Shown: positions 56,345 to 64,000 of the stretch, piece after piece | Layout of the letters: each line of letters opens with the position of its first letter | How positions within the stretch are numbered: position 1 is the first letter of the stretch | NCBI GenBank assembly: GCA_043819515.1 | Contig: JBDRES010000040.1 | Coordinates: 76,871 to 140,870 of the forward strand | DNA: 64,000 bases | DNA from: a bacterium | Lineage (GTDB): Bacteria > Zixibacteria > MSB-5A5 > GN15 > FEB-12 | Direction of reading: 5' to 3' | Made by a program: the position numbers and the translations under genes | Notes under the pieces: generated by a model | Told to the model about the DNA's origin: nothing | Seen by the model: the letters and a program-made list of their open reading frames with translations, nothing else | Databases searched by the model: none

Positions 56345-56602
56345 ATGGCGAGCAAAACTGACAAGAAGACGGTCTCCCCCAAGGTCGAGTGGCCATTCGG
56401 CAAGAAGAACTACCTTGTCTTCGCTGTGGCGATGGTGGTAATCGCGGTTGGCTACATCCTGCTCAGTCAGGATGACATCACCATGGCGCCGCTGCTGCTG
56501 GTTGTGGGCTATTGCGTTTTGATCCCGATCGCCATCATGATCAAGGACCGGCCGCACGGATCGCCTGATTCCTCAAGCGCTGCCGACGATAGCCACGAGT
56601 AA
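56345..56602 (+). CDS. DUF3098-like small membrane protein
   Basis: PFGKKNY, GYILL, APLLLVVGY. GGAGG SD. Confidence 0.8.
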   Translation: MASKTDKKTVSPKVEWPFGKKNYLVFAVAMVVIAVGYILLSQDDITMAPLLLVVGYCVLIPIAIMIKDRPHGSPDSSSAADDSHE

Positions 56603-56737
56603 TTTCGACTCCAAGTAGTATTGGGGATGGCCGGGCGGGTCATTATGTCCGTCCCGATAGAAATGTCGAGCACGGCCCCTCAGCGCCGGGCCGACCTTAT
56701 TCCATTTAGTCCTCGACCCCTCAGCGCCCGGACGACG

Positions 56738-59239
56738 CTACTCTTTTTGGGCCTCGATTACGATGGCGCCGTACCGTTCGGCCAGCCGGCTAGCCTGCTC
56801 CGGTGAATGAGACTCAGCCAGAATATTAAAAGCAGCTGTCAACCGATCGGGCGTCAACAGCACGCAGCCGCCGTTTTCAAAAATCCTTACGCCATCAATC
56901 AACTGCCGCCGCTGGTTATGCGAGGCCACGATCAGCCTGCGCATGACGGTACCCTTTTTGGACCAAGGACAGGGCACCGAAATCTCCTGCCGACACAGGT
57001 GGGCGTATTCACGGCGCAAACCACCCAGGCCGAGCTTGGTGTGAGCCATCATTTCCAGAAGTTTGATAGCCGTCAGCATGGCATCGGCGCCCATCTGGAA
57101 ACCGGGGAAAATAAAACCGCCGCGCGTACCACCCACAAAGTCAACCTCGCCACGGCGGAAAATCTCCATCATCGAGAGGTGGTCATTGGCTACCCTGATC
57201 ACCTTGACCCCGTGGCGTTCGGCAATCTCCTCGATGCCCATCGAGGCCGCCACCGGAACGGCGATCTTCTTGGCGGAACTTGTCCTGAGATAGAGATCGG
57301 TTATCAGAAGCAGCAGAAGCTGATTGTCGATCGGCTGCCCCAGTTCATCAATGACGGTCAGTTTCTCGGCGGCCGAATTCAGCAAAAAGCCGATATCGCA
57401 CGAGAGTGATTTTACTATAGACGACAACTGGACTATGGCTTGGCTGCTTTCCTCGGTCGAGATAGAGAATTTGCGCGGATTGAGGTTGGCATTCAATTCG
57501 ATGGCGGAGATACCGAGCACAAAAAACAGCGTCGGGAAAACCTGACTTGAGGATCCGTTGGAATGATCGATAGCCAGCTTGAACCCGGCCCCGCGAATCA
57601 GCTCGGTGTCAAAGCTGTCCAGAAAATCTTCACGGTAGTCTTCCAGTACTTTCTCCGGCATATCCAGATGACCGATGTCATCCAGGGAGGCCCGCTCGAA
57701 ATCTTCTCCGAAATATAGCCGTTCGATCTTTTTCGTTTTGGCCGTAGGCATATCGAGGCCGTCACCGTCAAAAACAATAATGTCGATCTCGCGGTAATCC
57801 AGGGGATTATGACGGACATAAACGCCGGCATTATAGCTGCCTCGATTGAGCCCGAAACGGACCACCGGAATGGGCATCATCTCCAAGTCGGAGACATTGA
57901 CTCCGGCCGCCAAAAGGCCGGAGATCAGACCCCGCTTCAAAAGCCGCGAAGTATCGGAGGCGTCACGACTGGTAACGACACTACTGCCCTGGCCCAAAAA
58001 GGCGCCGAAGGCGGCCCCGAATTTGACGCACATTTCCGGTGTGATCTCACTCAGAGCCAGGCCGCTGATTTTGGAGTTGGTGAAGAGCTCGCGGTTCCAC
58101 TTGTCTCCCCAAACGATGGAGGTTGACACCGTGGCTCCGGAGTCGACTGTCTTGCCTGGCCAGATCTTGCAATTGGCTTTGACGACGGCTGAATCCCCAA
58201 GGACACACTCATCCGAGATGATGACATCGTCCAGAAGAGTGACCTTGCTTCCGATCCGGCTCTTGCGACACACGACAACGTTGGTCATGTAGGTCTCGGA
58301 CCCCACCGTGTTGTCTTCCCACATAACGGTGTTGGTCAGTTCGCAGTACGGTCCCAAGCGGGTTCTGTTTCCGATAACACAGTTGTGCAGCTTGGCCCCG
58401 GCGCCAACCAGAACATCGTCGCCAAGGATCACTCTGCCGGACAACTCGACGCCTTCCTCAAGTTGCACATTGAGGCCGCGGTGAACCACGGTCTTGTCAC
58501 CGGGCTGAGCCGCCGTGGGAATGGCCAGGTCGAGCAGGCCCTCAAAGAAGTGGGTGTGGACACTGCGGTATTCGCCGACATTGCCGACATCCTTCCAGTA
58601 GCCCTTCATGATCCGTCCGCAGAGAGCCATCTTCTTGGACAGCATCAGCGGAAACAGGTTCTGCGAGAAGTCGAAGTTGGTCTTAGGGGGAATCAGACGC
58701 AGAGCCTCGGGTTGCAGAATATAGATGCCGGTATTGATGGTGTCGGAAAAAGCTTCGCCCCAGGAGGGCTTTTCCAAAAAGCGGACAATGCGACCGTCAT
58801 CGTCGGTGATGACGATTCCATAGGCCAGCGGGTTTTCCATGCGCGTCAGCAGGATGGTAGCGTCGGCCTGATTTTCCTGATGCCAGGAGATGGCGGTGGT
58901 GAGATCAAAATCGGTGACAAGATCGCCGGAAATGACCAGGATCGGCTCACCGGCCGAATCAGCCGCATAGCGAACGGCGCCAGCCGTACCGTAGTCATCA
59001 TCCGGCTGGGCGTACTTCATCTCAACCCCAAACTTACTGCCGTCGCCGAAGTAGTCTCTGATCTTTTCCGGTTGAAAATACAGCAGCGACGTGATTTGGG
59101 TGATATCGTGGCGCTTCAGTAGTTCGATCACATGCCGCATCATGGGCATGTTGGCCACCGGCACCATAGGCTTGGGTAGGTTTATGCTTAATGGCCGCAA
59201 GCGGGTTCCAAAACCACCGGCCATGATGATCGCTTTCAT
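56738..59239 (-). CDS. Mannose-1-phosphate guanylyltransferase fused to a phosphomannomutase-like domain
   Basis: MAGGFGTRLRPL...PKP, EKP, YWKDVG, hexapeptide repeats, C-terminal phosphohexomutase fold. Confidence 0.9.
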   Translation of the reverse strand: MKAIIMAGGFGTRLRPLSINLPKPMVPVANMPMMRHVIELLKRHDITQITSLLYFQPEKIRDYFGDGSKFGVEMKYAQPDDDYGTAGAVRYAADSAGEPILVISGDLVTDFDLTTAISWHQENQADATILLTRMENPLAYGIVITDDDGRIVRFLEKPSWGEAFSDTINTGIYILQPEALRLIPPKTNFDFSQNLFPLMLSKKMALCGRIMKGYWKDVGNVGEYRSVHTHFFEGLLDLAIPTAAQPGDKTVVHRGLNVQLEEGVELSGRVILGDDVLVGAGAKLHNCVIGNRTRLGPYCELTNTVMWEDNTVGSETYMTNVVVCRKSRIGSKVTLLDDVIISDECVLGDSAVVKANCKIWPGKTVDSGATVSTSIVWGDKWNRELFTNSKISGLALSEITPEMCVKFGAAFGAFLGQGSSVVTSRDASDTSRLLKRGLISGLLAAGVNVSDLEMMPIPVVRFGLNRGSYNAGVYVRHNPLDYREIDIIVFDGDGLDMPTAKTKKIERLYFGEDFERASLDDIGHLDMPEKVLEDYREDFLDSFDTELIRGAGFKLAIDHSNGSSSQVFPTLFFVLGISAIELNANLNPRKFSISTEESSQAIVQLSSIVKSLSCDIGFLLNSAAEKLTVIDELGQPIDNQLLLLLITDLYLRTSSAKKIAVPVAASMGIEEIAERHGVKVIRVANDHLSMMEIFRRGEVDFVGGTRGGFIFPGFQMGADAMLTAIKLLEMMAHTKLGLGGLRREYAHLCRQEISVPCPWSKKGTVMRRLIVASHNQRRQLIDGVRIFENGGCVLLTPDRLTAAFNILAESHSPEQASRLAERYGAIVIEAQKE

Positions 59240-59262
59240 CGCAGTTCTCCGTCCTGAGCTGG

Positions 59263-59934
59263 TTACTCCAAGTAGTTGTGCTCACGCAAGTAGCGAGTCA
59301 CATCGTGGAAATCGTCATATGGAGTAAAGTCAATATTGTTCATACGACAGTGTCGTTCAAGATCTTTTTTCGCCAACACGACATCGGCTTCAGCAGCCGC
59401 GCAGACATCCGATAGCCCGTCACCGACGAATACGACCAGCACTTCATGATCCTGTTGCTGGCGGTATTCCCTTATGCGTTCACCCTTACAGCTTCCACAT
59501 CGTCGACAGGAAGTATTGTCGTGGGGAAACTCGATTTTGATAGCATCTCCGACAATACAACCATGGTTGGCGATGAGCGGCAGGTAGTCAAGCTGATAAC
59601 GCCCGAGAATACGATTGATGTAGAAATCAAGGCCGTCGGAGACAATCGTCAGGTCGATATTATGCCGTCGACAGCGGGATGCAAATTCCTCGAAACCGGC
59701 ATTGAGCTGGAATTCATCGAGGTAACCGGCGACCTCCGACGTCTCCACCCGGCACATGGCCGCTTCCTGCAGCAGGCACTCCCGAGTGGTCAGGAGACCG
59801 TTTTTCCACAGGGGCACGATCTCATCACTGCGCCCGGCGGAAAAGTGCTTAAACAGATTGTAACCGACGTCGCGCCGAGTGATAGTGCCGTCGAAGTCGC
59901 AAAAAACTGCTGTTGGTTTGCTTTTGTCGTTCAT
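59263..59934 (-). CDS. MtnX-like HAD-IB phosphatase
   Basis: CDFDGTIT, VSDG, CGSCK, VGDGLSD. Confidence 0.85.
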   Translation of the reverse strand: MNDKSKPTAVFCDFDGTITRRDVGYNLFKHFSAGRSDEIVPLWKNGLLTTRECLLQEAAMCRVETSEVAGYLDEFQLNAGFEEFASRCRRHNIDLTIVSDGLDFYINRILGRYQLDYLPLIANHGCIVGDAIKIEFPHDNTSCRRCGSCKGERIREYRQQQDHEVLVVFVGDGLSDVCAAAEADVVLAKKDLERHCRMNNIDFTPYDDFHDVTRYLREHNYLE

Positions 59935-61502
59935 TGTCCGCTCAGCAGGATTTGCCTGGCCAGGGTGATTTGCGGATCTTGGGGAACCAGCACGCGGGCG
60001 TAAGCCTGGTACAACGAGGACTGGCGCTGCAACGCCAGGGCATAGATGCGTCGCTTGAGATAACCGCCGTTGGTCAGGTACGATTCGCGGTCGTAACGCT
60101 GGGTCAACAGGTTCATTCTCTCCAGTTGTTGCCGGGTGGCCGGATTGGCGTGCTCCAGTTCAGCCATTGCCATTACTGCCAACATTCGATCGGTTATCGG
60201 CGATGTGCACTCGAACCGGCGGCCTCGGGCGAATTCGTGGAACTGGATCAAATGGAAATCGGGCAGAGTGTCATCGGCGACATCGGCCAATATCTCATCC
60301 TGAAAGGCAAAGGCATACTGGTAAAGCAAAAGGGAGCGTTCAATCTCATTTATGAACCAGGCATCGCCCGCCGGCACCAGTACCGAATCAGGGATCAAGC
60401 CACGGCCTGAATCAACCAGGACCGAATCGAAGCTGTTTAGGTAAACCGGACCGTCGAGGAAGTAGCGGGATATGGTCAGGCGGAGGCCGTCGCCTGCCGG
60501 AAAGTGGACGTATCCCTGAACCAACCCCTTGCCGTAGGTGGTATCGCCCACCAGTCGGGCCCGGCCTGCCTGCTGCAGGGCGCCGGCCACGATTTCCGAT
60601 GATGATGCCGAGCCGTCGTCGACCAGCACTACCAATGGCAAGCCTTCAGTAAGGTCAGGTGATTCGGCTCGGAATTCAACGTTGTCCCAGCGGGAACGAC
60701 TATCAGTCCCGGCGATAAAGACCCCCTCATCCAGGAAAAAGTCGGCTGTCTGCAGGGCCTCCCGCAACAACCCCCCGGGATTGCCCCTCAGGTCGAGGAT
60801 CATGCCGCGCGGCCGTCGGGTGTCGGAGATGAGCGAATCCAAAGCTGCCTCGACGGCGTCGGCAGCGCCCGGGTCAAAGGCGCTCAGTCGCAGATAGAGA
60901 ACGTTGTCCTCGGTATACCCGGCATAAGGAACATGTTCAAAAGGGATCTCGCCGCGAACGACATCTATCGAAAAACTGCTCTGTGAGGCCGGACGATAGA
61001 TAGTGAGCGCGACTGTCGAACCGGACCGGCCCAGTAGGTACTGTGAGGCTTCTCGCGATGTCTTTTGCCGCAGGTCGACGGAATCAGCCATCAGAATCAG
61101 ATCACCCGGCAGCAACTGGGCCGAATCGGCCGGTCCACCCGGCCGCACCTGTAAAATCAACAGACCTGAGTCGGCCGCCGATATGGTCACTCCCAGACCG
61201 GAGTAGCCACCCGATTGATCACTCCGGATACGCTGGAATTCTTGATCGCTGACGTACCCAGAAAAGCGGTCCAGACGGTCCAGCATGCCATCGCGGCCGG
61301 CCTGCGCCAGACTGTCCCAGTCTACTTCCTGGTGATACCAGCGGTCGATGACAGAAGCGCTCACCAGGAGCCTCTGGCCGGAGGAGATTGCCGGATCGGA
61401 CAGGACATAAACCCCGGTCGCCCCGGCGATGATCGTTATGGCCAAGACTATAGCGGCGATCAGCAATATCGCCCGCTTGTCGATTGTCTCGGTCGGGCTC
61501 AT
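59931..61502 (-). CDS. ctpA: S41 C-terminal processing peptidase
   Basis: TM anchor, PDZ, LDLRGNPGG, SASSSE, TYGKG. Confidence 0.9.
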   Translation of the reverse strand: MSPTETIDKRAILLIAAIVLAITIIAGATGVYVLSDPAISSGQRLLVSASVIDRWYHQEVDWDSLAQAGRDGMLDRLDRFSGYVSDQEFQRIRSDQSGGYSGLGVTISAADSGLLILQVRPGGPADSAQLLPGDLILMADSVDLRQKTSREASQYLLGRSGSTVALTIYRPASQSSFSIDVVRGEIPFEHVPYAGYTEDNVLYLRLSAFDPGAADAVEAALDSLISDTRRPRGMILDLRGNPGGLLREALQTADFFLDEGVFIAGTDSRSRWDNVEFRAESPDLTEGLPLVVLVDDGSASSSEIVAGALQQAGRARLVGDTTYGKGLVQGYVHFPAGDGLRLTISRYFLDGPVYLNSFDSVLVDSGRGLIPDSVLVPAGDAWFINEIERSLLLYQYAFAFQDEILADVADDTLPDFHLIQFHEFARGRRFECTSPITDRMLAVMAMAELEHANPATRQQLERMNLLTQRYDRESYLTNGGYLKRRIYALALQRQSSLYQAYARVLVPQDPQITLARQILLSGQ

Positions 61503-62131
61503 TTGAGATTGATTCTCCGGGCCAGGATCTTGCGAACCTGGGCAAAGACGGTGTCGGCGTCAGGCGAGGCATCAACGACTTTGACCCGGCGTCGCTCCAG
61601 GCGCGCGATTTCCAGAAAGCCTCCTCGCACCCGCTTGAAAAAGGCTCGGGACTGCGCCTCAAGTCTATCCGGAGTTCCCTGGCGACGTGAAAAGGCCTCA
61701 TCAAGTCCCAGGTCAAAGACCAGTGTGAGATCGGGGGTGATGTCGCCGACGGCAACCTTGTGCAGGCGCCTCACCATGGCGATGTCCAGGCGACGGCCGT
61801 AACCCTGGTAGGCGGTGGTGCTGTCGTAAAACCGATCGCACAGGACCGTCTTGCCGGCTCGCAGCATCGGCGTGATTTCGCTGGTGGTGATGTTAGCCCG
61901 CGCCGCCTCATAAAGCAGCAATTCGGTAGTTGAATCGATCTTCAGCCGCCGATCCAAAAGGATATCGCGGATTCGTTCGGACACTTTGGTGGAGCCGGGT
62001 TCTCGGAGTAGTTCGACCTGATAACCATGCTGCTTCAAAAGGCGATAGGTCAGCATCGCCTGGGTGGTTTTGCCGCAGCCATCAATGCCTTCAAAGGTAA
62101 TGAAAAATCCGTCTTTTGAGGCCAGAGCCAT
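61499..62131 (-). CDS. tmk: Thymidylate kinase
   Basis: FEGIDGCGKTT, REPG, DRFYDS..AYQG. Confidence 0.97.
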   Translation of the reverse strand: MALASKDGFFITFEGIDGCGKTTQAMLTYRLLKQHGYQVELLREPGSTKVSERIRDILLDRRLKIDSTTELLLYEAARANITTSEITPMLRAGKTVLCDRFYDSTTAYQGYGRRLDIAMVRRLHKVAVGDITPDLTLVFDLGLDEAFSRRQGTPDRLEAQSRAFFKRVRGGFLEIARLERRRVKVVDASPDADTVFAQVRKILARRINLK

Positions 62132-62154
62132 GGCAAATCCATAAATGTAAAATT

Positions 62155-62184
62155 AAAAAAAACCGGCGACATTATGTCGCCGGT
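62155..62184 (-). terminator. Intrinsic terminator after ino1
   Basis: Minus strand ACCGGCGACA-TAA-TGTCGCCGG-T8. Confidence 0.85.
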
Positions 62185-62214
62185 CAAGCTAAGCCCTAGC
62201 CTTGCCCAAGCAAA

Positions 62215-63456
62215 CTACTTTTTTGCTTTCACCAGCCGCTTCTGAGAGGTGGCCTTGACGGCCTTCTTGACTGTAGCCCGTGGAGCTGCGGTTTTGGTGG
62301 CTGCTTTCTTCGGCTTGACGGTGGCGGCCTTCTTCTTCATGGTCAGCTTGCGCGTTACCGTGGTTTTCTTGGGGGTGGTCTTCCAACCGTACTTGGTAAT
62401 GAAGTCCTCAACCATCCGGCGCGCCACATCGTCAGTGTATTGCACCGGCGGGGACTTCTTGAAATATGCCGAGGGTTCGATCAAGGCGCCGCTGAGACCG
62501 TTGTCCAAGGCCAGCTTGCAGCAGCGCAGAGCATCAATGACAACACCGGCTGAGTTGGGGCTGTCCCAAACCTCCATCTTCATCTCAATGTTGAGCGGGA
62601 CATTGCCAAAAGTGGTGCCTTCCATGCGAATGTAGGCCCACTTGCGGTCGGTCAGCCAGGCCACATAGTCGGACGGTCCGATATGGACGTTGTCGGCACC
62701 GATATCGTAGTTGAGCTGGCTGGTTACGGCGTTGGTCTTGGAGATTTTCTTCGACTCCAGACGGGATCGTTCCAGCATGTTTAGGAAATCGGTATTGCCA
62801 CCGACATTCAATTGGCTGGTCCGTTCCAGCTTGACGCCGCGCTCCAGAAATAACCGGGTCAGTACACGGTGAGTGATGGTGGCGCCGACCTGGGACTTGA
62901 TATCATCACCAATGACCGGCAGTCCCTTCTCTTTGAAACGGCCGGCCCAATACTGCTCGCGGGCGATAAAAACCGGAATGCAGTTCACAAAACCGCAGCC
63001 GGCCTCCAATATCTGCTCCACGTACCATTTGGTGGCTTCCTCGGAACCGACCGGCAGATAGCTGACGACCACATCGGTCTTGGTTTCCTTCAACAGCTTC
63101 ACAATGTCAACCGTGTCGCCGGGTGCCTTCTCGATGATCTCGGACAAGTATTTGCCCAAACCGTCGTGGGTCATGCCGCGCTGGACCTTGACACCGGTCT
63201 TGGGTACGCTGGAGAACTTGTAGGTATTGTTCGGTGCGGTGAAGATGGCTTCCGACAGATCTTTGCCGACTTTGTTTTTGTCGATGTCGATGGCAGCCGA
63301 AAACTCAATATCGCGAATGTGATAGCCGCCCAGGTTGACGTGCATCAGGCCCGGCACCTGATCCTCGTCCTTGGCCTTCTTGTAAAACTCGACTCCCTGC
63401 ACCAGTGAAGAGGCGCAGTTGCCGACGCCGATAATAGCTACTCTGACCTTGCCCAT
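62215..63456 (-). CDS. ino1: myo-Inositol-3-phosphate synthase with a Lys/Ala-rich tail
   Basis: [50 protein letters not shown]. Start at the ATG 63456 with a GGAAGG SD. Confidence 0.96.
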   Translation of the reverse strand: MGKVRVAIIGVGNCASSLVQGVEFYKKAKDEDQVPGLMHVNLGGYHIRDIEFSAAIDIDKNKVGKDLSEAIFTAPNNTYKFSSVPKTGVKVQRGMTHDGLGKYLSEIIEKAPGDTVDIVKLLKETKTDVVVSYLPVGSEEATKWYVEQILEAGCGFVNCIPVFIAREQYWAGRFKEKGLPVIGDDIKSQVGATITHRVLTRLFLERGVKLERTSQLNVGGNTDFLNMLERSRLESKKISKTNAVTSQLNYDIGADNVHIGPSDYVAWLTDRKWAYIRMEGTTFGNVPLNIEMKMEVWDSPNSAGVVIDALRCCKLALDNGLSGALIEPSAYFKKSPPVQYTDDVARRMVEDFITKYGWKTTPKKTTVTRKLTMKKKAATVKPKKAATKTAAPRATVKKAVKATSQKRLVKAKK

Positions 63457-63502
63457 TGAATGACTTCCTTCCGAAGTAAGTGAGTGTGATTTCAATGACC
63501 AC

Positions 63503-63596
63503 AACATAGGGATTGCCGGACGGCTATGTCAATTTGATCTTGACAGAATCGATACATTTGATACTATTAGTATATAAATAATGACCAGACAGTCAT
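63503..63596. promoter_or_regulatory. Back-to-back promoters and a probable TetR operator
   Basis: TGTCAA(63527) and TTGACA(63540), TACTAT at 63562, palindrome ATGAC-N6-GTCAT at 63581-63596. Confidence 0.6.
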
Positions 63597-63636
63597 CATA
63601 AGCATAAATGGCTGTTGTTTTCCGGTGAGGTGCGGC

Positions 63637-64000
63637 ATGTCGCTGGATGAGAATCTGATTGTTGAGCTGGTCAGGCGGGGGGTGATCACCCAGACGTTTC
63701 GACGCCTGGATCCTGACAAGAAAGAACGCATTTACCGCGCCGCCCTGAAGCTCTTTGGTAAATTCGGTTACGACGGTTTGAGTGTGGACGAAGTATGCCA
63801 CGAGGGGAGTATCTCCAAAGGCTCCTTTTTCCAGTACTTCCCCTCCAAAACGCACCTGCTGGAATTTGCCGTGCTGGTTTTTGACCACTACCTGGACGAA
63901 TTGGTCGCGGAACTACGGGCCGGTGATCGGGCTGCCAGGGCGGCCGATCGCCTGCTTTATCTTTATCGTTCGCTGGCGGTCAATTCCCGCCTTTATCCCG
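63637..64000 (+). CDS. TetR/AcrR-family regulator, truncated by the window end
   Basis: Read by hand: MSLDENL...TFRRLDPDKKERIYRAALKLFGKFGYDGLSVDEVCHEGSISKGSFFQYFPSK. GAGG SD. Confidence 0.9.
   Translation, partial: MSLDENLIVELVRRGVITQTFRRLDPDKKERIYRAALKLFGKFGYDGLSVDEVCHEGSISKGSFFQYFPSKTHLLEFAVLVFDHYLDELVAELRAGDRAARAADRLLYLYRSLAVNSRLYP

Noticed and set aside
63529-63888. 119-aa minus-strand ORF
   Set aside because: Antisense to the truncated TetR gene, which has a clear HTH and SD.

Overview
A gene-dense, moderately GC-rich bacterial chromosome segment that is mostly housekeeping. It contains lepA, cdaA, folP, folE, ftsH, hpt, tilS, tRNA-Arg(ACG), kdsA/C/D, a lipid A acyltransferase, lptC, coaD, lysS, fumC, rqcH, recX, alaS, gmhA, a WaaL-like ligase, ctpA, tmk and ino1. 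LPS genes, secreted proteins with an LSQNYPNPFNP C-terminal sorting domain and a group II GGGP synthase point to a diderm FCB-superphylum organism, most likely a Zixibacteria-like lineage (inference, no search run). I found no CRISPR array, integrase, transposase or rRNA. The most notable items are: (1) a two-gene surface-protein locus with a 1781-aa non-catalytic protein (nine Cys-rich repeats, a cohesin-like module, an unnamed domain shared with the next gene) behind a long leader with a coupled uORF; (2) an apparently complete sigma54 circuit with a readable -24/-12 promoter and three palindromic enhancer sites; (3) a Zn-ribbon protein resembling DUF4295/bL38 at the end of a DUF4388 operon; (4) an archaeal-type ether-lipid enzyme coupled to LPS genes; (5) probable non-canonical start codons (ATC for alaS, CTG for an EamA gene) and leaderless genes; (6) a candidate GGA-loop sRNA and REP/REPIN-like remnants. 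All family calls come from motif recognition by eye, not database searches.
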